The notes beneath the pieces were generated by a model that was given only the letters and a program-made list of their open reading frames with translations, searched no databases and was not told where the DNA came from. 64,000 bases of DNA, taken from positions 4,881,607 through 4,945,606 of the forward strand of contig JBNZDD010013730.1 in the NCBI GenBank assembly GCA_050575255.1, in the 5' to 3' direction. The translations under genes and the position numbers were made by a program. This document shows, piece by piece, positions 54,401 through 64,000 of the stretch (within the stretch, counting starts at the first letter, position 1; every line of letters starts with the position of its first letter). The stretch is from Harriotta raleighana. Lineage: Eukaryota.

Positions 54401-57400
54401 AATTTAATGTTCTCTGTGTTGTTTTGCAGTGTGGTGACATTCACAAAAGCAGTCATGGGAATCAATACTCGCTTCATCCAGGCAGGAGTCGAACTCCAAA
54501 CAAGAGTCCACATAAGTCAACCTGTAAATGTAGCAGCAAAAATAAATATAAAAGAGAGAAATCTCAAGTTTGAGAGTAAACCATCTGTAGAGGAGCGCAG
54601 AATTATATCTTTGAGGTAAATAATAATAGTTTCCGTAATATAACCTTTAACTAGAAATCATGAAAATCATTTTTTTCTGATTTTCTTTGGATTCTATTGA
54701 CTTTTTTTTTAAAAAATGATTCAATGGCTATACAAATGAACAATTTCTGAGATGCCATGGATGGCTAAAATTGTTAAGAAAAATCTTTTTTTAAAAAATG
54801 ATTCAATGGCTATACAAATGAACAATTTCTGAGATGCCATGGATGGCTAAAATTGTTAAGAAAAATCTATTTTGTCATATTGCATAAGAGTTATCAATTT
54901 TTATCAATTTCTACCAACTGAGCTTGATTGTAATCATTAGGTGTCTAATATTTAATATTTAACATGTAGTTCCCAGGTTTTTGCTGTCTCAAGAAATATT
55001 GAGGAGTTGTCTGCAGCAAAAATGACCCCCATTTTACCCATAACAAGTGAAGCCAGCATTACAAGACAAGAATTCAAGTCACAACGCACAACACAAGACT
55101 CTGGACGAAGCATTGTAAGTGCCTTTTGTTTTTTTTAAACCTATAAGAACAACAACAAAATTACACTTGTATGGAGCCTTTCATTTCAGAAGGGCGTCCC
55201 AAGGCGCTGAACAGTCAGTGGTTCGGGAACCAAGCAAGGGGAGAGGCAGAGTAGGGGAGAGGGTAGGGAGAGAGGTGGGAGAGCGACTTAAAGCACGATC
55301 GAAAAGAGACCCTTAAGACCCTTGAAGGAGGCAAGGGAGGAAGCGAGGTCAAGAGATTATGGGATGGAGAGTGAGGCAAAGTGACTGAGGTTTAAATTCC
55401 CATGCAACCCTGCAGTACAATGAATTTGTTTTGATGATTCGGTTTTTAGGGATAGTCATTGCTGAAATGGAAAACACGTGATATTAGGCTGCCTGGCATA
55501 ATAGTAAAATTAAAAGTATAAAAAATGTTTTCCTATTACAATGGAGTTACATTTTCTTGTGTCTTTGCAGCTGCGCATATCTCCAGAAACAATATCTCCA
55601 GAAATGTCATCATCTGAAGAGCAGCGACCACGTACCACATCTACCTATACATATCACACCTGTGTTAAAGCAACTAAATTGGGACTAGCAGTTTGTCTAG
55701 ATGCTAAAATGAAAAGCACTGCCTTCATCAGAAATTGTCTATTGTATCGACTCATTGGCCAGCATGCTGTTAATGTAACCGTCAAACCAGGTGAAGACAA
55801 AATAATTTATACATTTGCTTTAGCACCTTTACACGTCAGGAAACCATCTCAAAGCACTTCATAAGATATACTGTAAAGTGGAATAGCTGTGCGTTTTGGG
55901 AAGAGGTGGAAACATTGTGCGCAGCCTTGACCCACAACCAGCCATGAATTGAACTACCTCAGATTAACATTTCATCCAAAGGATGGTATCTCCATCAATG
56001 CAGCAAACCCCAGCACTGAATTGAAGTGGCAGCCTAGACTATATGAGCTCCAAGTCCTGACATGGGATTTGAACCCCCTTTGGGACATTTTCACTTTCAG
56101 CAATGAGGCATTACATATTGGCGGCAACATCTGATTTACGATAAAACTGTTCTTTCCAGTTCGCTCGGAGTCAGAAATTGAAAAAATCGTGCTGGAAATA
56201 CAGACAGGATCCAAGGCAGCTTCAAAGGTGATTCGATTGACAGACAAGGAAGAAGAGCAAAGTGGAAGAATTCGGGAAGAAGAATTAATGAGGGTTAGTC
56301 TCCTGGTTTCGACTCACTCAATGCACCATTGCTATTTTAACACAGTATCAAATGACAGCCAAAGCATGTTCTCTGCATAAAACAGTCTAAAACATTGGGG
56401 ACATTGAATTCCTAATCTTTTCAAAGCAGGAAAAGATCAATGGGATGTAACATGGTCCACGTCTCAGTGAGATGGGAGATAGACAGCAGTTCAAATGCTT
56501 AATTGCTATTCAGCAACTTAAGAATGGAATAAATTGATGTAAGGATAGCTTGGTCTATAACCTAATGGCATTTGTACTTCCTTCACTGTCTCTATGTCGC
56601 TCGGAATTGTCATGCTTCAATGGGAATTCTAATGCTCTCCCAAAAAAAATGTCAGCCCTTTTACCTCAACAATTATAACTACCGTATTTCCCTAAAATGG
56701 AGCTCTGTAGCTCAATGGTTAAAGTACTCGCCGAGAGACCTGGGTACGATTCCAGTCAGGGTGAAATCCTGGGCAAGTTTCCTTCCTCCACACGCCTGAT
56801 AAGAATAAAAAAATTGGTCATTTAAATCAACGACAGTTTGTGGGACACTGCTGTGTGCAATCGGCTGCCGATTTTCGCCCACACGGATATAATAGTCCAT
56901 TCACTTTCAAACATATTCTGTGATGCGCTTAGAAACCTCTAGAAGACATGAAAAGTGCCAAGCCAAATGCAAGGATTATGATGATGATTATTATTAAATG
57001 CTCCTGTATTTGATTGAGACACAGGAACGAAAAGAAAGTCGCTTCTCCAGCAGCAGCTCTTCATCTAGTTCCCAGAGATCACAACTTGATGATATGGGTC
57101 GCACCGTGATACCTCCCAGCAGTGATTTGCCCGATGAAATGGATGACACCCTTCGCACACCGGAAAGAAGACCGATGAAGTTTAGCAGCAGCAGCAGTAG
57201 CAGACAAATCCAAAGCAGCAGAACGCAAGACAGAAGGCAGATGAGTAGCAGCAGCAGTAGCAGCAGTAGCAGGAGAACCTGGAGTGATCAGGTAACCCTT
57301 CCTGTTGGACTATCTCACTGGCGAGCCATTGAACTGATAACGCCCACAAAATATAACAACAACAACTTGCATTTACCCTTCCCCCCGACCCCACACACAC

Positions 57401-60400
57401 ACACACACTACTGCATATTCTGTGAAGCGCCTCGAGATGTCTCAGCATCATGCACAATGGGACTCTGCCCTGCGTGAGGGACGCCATTGAAATGCAAGTT
57501 GTTGCTGCAGTCTCAACAACCGTGATCAGGCCCTATATCAAATGCAAGGACTATTATTATAACTGAAACTATGGAACATGCTATGGAGAGGGATTATAAA
57601 CTCATCCGAAACGCAGGTATTCACGGAGGCACAGGAAAGCCAGTGGCCCTTGGCAATAATTTACACTGAAAATGATTTAAGCAATAAGAGTATGTATAAC
57701 TTACATTGATAATGAATGATTTGGATGTTGAATTTCTGTCAAAAACTTCCCTCTAGTAAAGTTTTTCATTTTACTTTTGATTGTCAAATCAACAACCTGA
57801 AACTGTTAGGAATAACATTCCCTTATTTTTGACCAAATACTGTAGATTAATGTCTGCGAAATACAAAGTTGCTACACTTTACATTAAATCCTGTTAAGCA
57901 CATTATCCTGATATTAAAGGAGCTCTCTCAAATGTTAGGATTATTACTATTACAATTATTATTTCAAACTCATATTGTAGTTGTATCAATTCTTGTTAAA
58001 ATAACTAAAACAGTTTTTAGTCTTTGTAAAATTCACCATCTCTGTGATTATTTGTGAATCCTTGTCCAGACCTGCGGGACAAAATTTGTGACAGTTGTAT
58101 TGAAGAAGTTCAAGTTTTTTTTAAACTGCTTAGACATTTTATTTCTAAGAAGCATATTATTTTCAAAAAATATCTATGTGCCTAAAGAGGCAGTAACTTT
58201 TATACCATTGATGTTTAGCAGTCCATGGGGGAATTCATTAATACTGTGAATCTTTCTTTCTTACAAACTTGAGCAGAAAATGGGTGGAGGACTTTCTCAG
58301 CTTCGCTTCAGTTCAACAGAGCGCAGTAGGGTAAGAGCTGATTGACAGTCTAATCTCTTAGTTTGTTTAACTAAACAAGTGTAAGTTTGTTTAACTATAC
58401 AAGTTAGCACAGGAATATTTTCCAAAGTCTCATTCCAGCTATTCTGTTCAAAGGAGTCTTGTGTCCACTGAGACCATCATAAGGGGAACTGAGGTAGCAG
58501 TCAATGTCACCTCATTGTTTCCATCACAACCCATCACTCCTCTACAGTGTGTTTAGCGTGATTTGAATCCTGGCCAGAGTTTACCCCTGATATTTTTCTC
58601 TCATTTATATAGAGAGAATTTTGTCATAATATGTGCTGGGATTATTCCTACTATTAATTCTACAAGCTAACACCGGGATGGATAGAGTGGCTCTAGCTGG
58701 GCAAGCAACGGAAAGCTTACCAGCCTGTTTTCTCAATGGGAAACTCTGGAGTTTTAGCCTGTTTCAGCAACACCCCGAATCCTTCAGAGTTCCCCTTCGC
58801 CATTGTCAATCTTCGCCCAATACTGTACGGAAACAAGGTGTGTTGTAGCTAGGGGGAGAATTCACATTCCACACACAGGGAAATTTCCAGATGGAGAAAT
58901 GCAAGCTTATGTGGCACTGCCAGACTGATTTGGAAGTTGTTCAGCGTGGTTTCCTTATCTGATATCTGGACTACCATAAACAATTGTGAGACAATCAGGC
59001 TAAATCCTCATTCAATCTGTACAAAGTACGCCTAGGTTATTGTATAGATATGAGACATGTTCAATGCATCATGCCTCCATTTGTTTTTAATACCTCTCAA
59101 TGTTAGAAAACCTCATACCCACAGATGGATAGCTTTTGGCCATCTTATAATGTGTGCAATATCCGTATTAACATTTTACTGAAATAGGTGCTGTGTATTT
59201 ATTGCATCTATCGAGGAGTTTGTCTCTCAATTCATGACCTCCGTCTCCAAGTCACAGAACTGTGTAACGTTTTTTTTCTGAACTGTTTAGTCCTCAAGCA
59301 CAAGAATGTCAATGAGAGGTTTTCCAGGAAATCCATCCTCTGGTACACAGCGAAGACAAAGCAGCTCATCAATTCTTCGCTCATCTCGTCAGGTTTGTTT
59401 TGTTTTCTGCTCAACAGTAAAGTTCCAGATGCTTGAGAACTCAGATGAGCTCCAGTCCAATGAACCACTTTAAAATCTATTTCTTTGTAACCCTAGGCCG
59501 AGCTCATCAGGAGCGCAGGTTCCCCAATTCTCACCATCCTTCTTCGAGCCGTAAGGATTGACAGGAAACAGCAAGGCTATCAGATCACTGGATACGCAGA
59601 GGTTTCAGATCGTCAACCCAGAGTTCACTTGCGTGTGGTGGAACTGGCCGAAGACAGCAGGTGGAAGATCTGTGCTGACGGTATCATGCCTCACGGACAT
59701 AAAGCATTGGTAATAGACAATTCTACTGTAGCTACTTGAATCTACATCAAGAATATTTCTCATTATTCACGAGAAATAATTTTTTTAAATAACCTTTTAA
59801 AAAATATTGTCTAGGTTTTATTGAGATGGGGCGAAAACTGCCAGAGTTATAAAATGGCCATGAAGGCTTCAACTGGTAGGCTTGCAAACCACCCAGCAAT
59901 TAAGATCAAGTTGGAATGGTCCAGGATTCCTGAAATGCTGACATCAAGTGGAAGAATGTAAGCATCAAAATCATATATTTATCTCGTTGTGCACCTTCTA
60001 TGTTGTAGAAAGCAATGACTTTGCTAAATGATGCTTGTTATCTGGATTCAGGGTTGGAGAATCATTACCGGGAATTGCCTATGCGTTAGGATTGTCACAA
60101 AGATATCAAAGTAATCCTTCTCGTCAGATTACATTGCTGGTAGCCCTAACATCACCACGAACCATTGACACAGTTGTTAAAGTACCCAAGGTATGACAAT
60201 GTGTATTTACTTTATCTGTTTGTACTTGTTTTTATTTCTTTGCTTTGATAATTCTTGTTTTTATACCAGAATAACACAGGAACTCTGCTTCTGTTTCAGA
60301 TGACAGTCTTTTATCAAGGTGCTCAAATTCCTTTAGCAGTTACCATCAGTGCAATCCCTTCAAGCATAAGAGCAAGAGGATTCAAATCCATCACTGAAAT

Positions 60401-63400
60401 TCCTGACATGCTTCTGACAGTGAACCAACGTAATTATTTATTCCATTTTCACCTCCATTATTCAAGTACTGTATTGCTGAGCTGCTTGATTGGTCCAGAT
60501 CTATTTCTTTATTTCAATCTGAACATGTTATAAAATACATTATGTGCGTTCAAACCTTGATACCGTATCTAAGAAAAGTCAATTGGTATCTGAAAGCATT
60601 GAAAAATTTTGCTTTCCTCTTCTAAAACTATTTAGTGTTTTCATGTGCTTTGGAAACATACACATACTGTATTATGCAATAAAATAATGCGCTAAAGATG
60701 GCTTTGTCTGAGAAACAGAGACATAACTCTGCAGAAAACTGCATGGTTTTTAGAAAAAATTAAAATCCATAATCTTGATAATACTGCAGAACGCTAACTG
60801 TAATTGCAGCTATCTGATTCCCTACAGACGAAGCAAGTAGAATTGTGGTAATATCGGTAGAAAGACTCGTGCAACGTGTAGATTCACAAAAAAAAAAGTT
60901 CTAACCTATTTGACATTGTTTGCAGGGGAGTGTTTTGTGCAACCAGGCAGAGTTCAGACATTCGACAATCAGACATTAAAATATCAGCTACCTAACGATT
61001 GCCACTATGTACTGGCTCAAGACTGTTCACAGACTCCATCATTCGTCTTGTTGATGAGACGTGCTAAGGATCAAACAAGGAAATCAATAAAACTTCTGCT
61101 GTCAAAGCCCAATATGTGAGTGATACCAGAAGTGATCTTTAACGTTATCGCCGGGTGTTTTCCATCAAATAACCATGCTACAGTACAACACAGTACAGGT
61201 CCCCACTAAGTTAAAGAATGGGAAGAACTGAAATATTATAAATATTATTATACTAACTGGAGAGCATTGATCTTTTACTTTGATTTGACAGTTAGACATA
61301 TTTTATTAGCAGATTCATCCATTTGAGAACACTGCAAGCGCCAAATGTCCAGAAAAGACCTTTGTGGGCCTCCCCTAGACACTGACCTCACAGGAAAGGG
61401 ATTGAGGCCTCATTCATAATCATATTTTGTTTATTGTTGCCCATATTCAATGTAAATGCCATTCGTGTCATTAGATTTGATCGTCTGTTAAGGTTACACA
61501 TGTAGAACTTCATCAAACGCCTTCCGAAAATCCAAGCAAATCAGTGGTTTAAATTCTGATATATACACTTTTCTGAATAGAATCCGTGGTTTGTTTCTAA
61601 ACAGGGTCATTGAAGCACGACCTGAAGGACAAGGGATTAAACTGCTAATTGATGGTGTAGAGCGCCCACTGAGTTCCCTACCAAGAGTTGAACAGGGTGA
61701 GGGTTTATTGTACAATACTACAGAATATTTTTTAAGACATGTAAAGATTTGTAGTATGGGAACCGAACAATACATTTGAGTATTCTTGACAACCTATTAA
61801 CTATCAACATCGCTTACGATTTGACACCATATAGTTAAAGGCTTCATATCTTCATATGTATTTATTTTAGAATCAGTGCTAACAGTATGATTTGGTTTTG
61901 AATTATTTGTCCTCATTCATTCAATCTTGGTGCTTTGCTGTAGTGCAATTTGGCTGATGTGTTTACCTACAAGTCTGTACACATAGCAATTTCCTGTGAA
62001 GCTCTTTGAGACGATTAAGTATTTGAGGGACTACATCAACCTCAATGATTAATCATTCTTACAAACCATTGAAAAGAAACAGTATTACTATTTCACTTGA
62101 CTATTTATTCAAGAAATTGTTCTACTTGCACTATCCACAAATGTTCCATGATCTGCTAACTGTTGAAATGGTCTATTTTGAGGAGATATCCATAGCTGAG
62201 ATACTAGATTCTGACATAATAATAAAATAACACATAAAAAACATCAAAGTTAGGCTTACCATAGAAGAATAAGGGCAATACACTAGGGAGATCTATTATG
62301 TCACCATTGACTATTGAATGCAATGAGGTTTGAACCTGCAACCTTCTGACTCAGAGCAGAGGCAGGCATGCAACTGAGCCAGAATAAAACACTGTGATGG
62401 TTGAACATGTGAGTTCTGTCCTGTCACAGAAAGCGTCACTTCAACCAGCAGTCTCTTTAATGTACGACACATTTCAATCCACATATCTCAGGTTTGTACT
62501 GTGCTTACAAGACTACAAAGCTGCAAATGCTCCCTCTTTCAGGTGTTGTTTCGATTCAGACAAATGGCACTGGGATTCTTTTGGCAGCAACCCAGATTAA
62601 TTTGGATTCGGTGTACTTCGATGGGAACAAAGTGCAGGTAACTCATCTGACCGACGAGAAAACTTTCCAAAGAAGAGAGAGAGAGAGAGNGACCGACGAG
62701 AAAACTTTCCAAAGAAGAGAGAGAGAGAACTGTTTTGATTTTCAGCTAAATTGCACTCATTGTTATATTCATTTGAATTGCATTCGTAGGTGGTGGTGAA
62801 CCAAATGAGCAAGCGGACCTGCGGCATCTGTGGGCATAACGATGGGGAGAGAAGGATGATCATGCCGAATCAAGAGAGAACCGACAGTGTGGATGTCTTC
62901 TTCCAATCGTGGCTGTGTGCGGGGCAATCCTGCAAAGATGGTACGAGTGACTTGACGGTAGAGACGCTCTCAAATCATTCGACGTTGCAAAAGAAATCCG
63001 GTCTGAAGTCTTTGTAAAACAAAACAAAAAAAAACAAAAATATATATATATATATACACACACGTTTCCTGCCCTCTGATTGCAGACTGCAAAGTCCGAC
63101 GAGAATACGTGGAACTAGAGGAATTAGTCAATTATGAAGGAGTGGAATCCAGATGCTTTTCGGTTGAACCAGTCCAACGCTGTCTCTCTGGATGTTCAGC
63201 AACTGAGAGAGTATCCGTCCCCGTTTCCTTCCACTGTGTGTCATCAGGCAAGTGGACTTAATCCCGGTGTGGCTATTGTGGTATTTATTTGAATCGGAGT
63301 GTGTATGTACTTTTTAAAAGCAGCCACTCTTCGACAGAGAAGCCTAACTTTTATGTTGTTTTTTTACGTGTCATTTTAGCACATTTTTAACCTCGCTTNC

Positions 63401-63869
63401 GACAGAGAAGCCTAACTTTTATGTTGTTTTTTTACGTGTCATTTTAGCAAATTTTTAACCTCGCTTCGTTTTTAAACTCTCTTCCTGGGGGGGGGGGGGG
63501 GGTCACACATAAACCCCCCCCTCAAAAAAAAAGAATTTGCTCAATCAAATCCGTGACTGTTTTGTGACTTGACTGTGAGCTGAGTTTCACCCCAGTCAAC
63601 TCACTCCCTTAGTATATTTCTGTGAAGCAACTTTGAGAACGTTTTGGAAGGTGTGTGTGATAGGCTGCTGTGTCAAAAATGCAAGGGTTATTATCATCAT
63701 CATCATCATCATCATCGTTATGATGATTTTCTCTAAATCTGCCTCTACCTTAAACGTATCTTTTATTTTATCCACAGCTTCCTCCGTCAACAGATTTCAA
63801 GAATTGAGTTTTGCTAAAAAATCTGCCGACTTGCGAAGGTTTGTGGATTCCCACAGCGACTGTGTTTAA
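45449..63869 (+). CDS. vtg: Vitellogenin paralog C: about 35 exons, complete, short polyserine phosvitin
   Basis: Signal peptide MRGIIFLLGLTLVG (exon 1 45449-45488, exon 2 45648-45668). Exons are colinear with A and B. Phosvitin-region exons 57025-57291, 58277-58330 and 59291-59392; vWD TCGICG exon near 62790; last exon 63778-63869 ends VDSHSDCV*. Confidence 0.93.
46108..46440 (+). mobile_element. Full-length tRNA-derived SINE in VtgC intron 3
   Basis: Same family as 21933 and 27345: A box tggctcagtggttagagca, B-box-like gtttgaatcc, (tta)n tail. Confidence 0.85.
48570..49125 (-). mobile_element. CR1-type LINE 3' end, 5'-truncated
   Basis: ORF 48681-49127 HYYRKDIKILERVQRRFTRMIPGM...LEQRRLRGDLIEVFKIMKG is the CR1 RT C-terminus; tail repeats catagaat (ATTCTATG on the minus strand). 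Confidence 0.9.
49397..49435 (+). ncRNA. Minimal type I hammerhead-ribozyme-like motif (Penelope-like repeat derived)
   Basis: gagtt-CTGATGA-a-gggtc/gtg/gaccc-GAAA-c-GTT-gactc. Stem I gagtt/gactc, stem II gggtc/gaccc, palindromic aacgtt in place of stem III. Confidence 0.55.
54702..54868. repeat. ~82 bp perfect tandem duplication in a VtgC intron
   Basis: aaaaaatgattcaatggctatacaaatgaacaatttctgagatgccatggatggctaaaattgttaagaaaaatct occurs twice, with no N at the junction. Confidence 0.9.
55145..55372 (-). mobile_element. L2-type LINE 3' fragment
   Basis: Reverse complement resembles the L2 3' region at 37900-38125. Confidence 0.6.
56698..56996 (+). mobile_element. tRNA-derived SINE immediately upstream of the VtgC phosvitin exon
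   Basis: gtagctcaatggttaaagta head, ctgtgtgcaatcggctgcc core, aaatgcaaggatta tail. Confidence 0.75.
57025..57291 (+). CDS. vtg: Main phosvitin exon of VtgC (89 aa)
   Basis: acacag acceptor, CAG|gtaacc donor. Three poly-Ser tracts separated by spacer sequence. Confidence 0.88.
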
Positions 63870-64000
63870 AGCAAAAAAAAACACTATCCCGTCCTCGTGA
63901 ACTGTTAATGCAGCATAAACTACACGTCAGTTTGACTACTACTTCGATTGTAATTGCGAATGTAATACCACTACTTTTCCCTTCAAGTACGTTGTTTTGG

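Noticed and set aside
61494-61775. Minus-strand ORF ending ICLDFRKAFDEVLHV
   Set aside because: A tiny CR1 RT remnant joined by chance to the antisense of a VtgC exon.
34332-63470. Short direct duplications flanking single Ns at 34414, 52336, 62690 and 63399
   Set aside because: Pattern of unmerged contig overlaps; treated as assembly artefacts.

Overview
Vertebrate genomic DNA, AT-rich with compact introns. The tRNA-derived Deu-type SINEs, CR1/L2 LINE fragments and shark-type repeats suggest a cartilaginous fish such as a chimaera (inference). The window holds the 3' end of SSX2IP and then three complete, tandem, + strand vitellogenin genes: VtgA 5633-20207 (33 exons), VtgB 23136-39139 (35 exons) and VtgC 45449-63869 (about 35 exons). 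These labels are positional only. The arrangement matches the known SSX2IP-linked VTG2/VTG3-type cluster. The paralogs differ most in the phosvitin region. VtgA has lost the main phosvitin exon and the small exon after it but keeps lipovitellin light chain, beta'/vWD and the C-terminal peptide. VtgB carries an Arg-rich (SSDRRG)x17 coding minisatellite. VtgC has a short polyserine phosvitin. Also seen: patchwork intron-inclusive gene-conversion tracts, a conserved paired imperfect-ERE promoter module (displaced by a ~240 bp insertion in VtgB), GC-AG introns, a Penelope-type hammerhead motif in a VtgC intron, and TA-flanked MITEs. Several duplications flanking single Ns, including VtgA exons 6-10, are probably assembly artefacts. 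All calls were made by eye; no searches were run.
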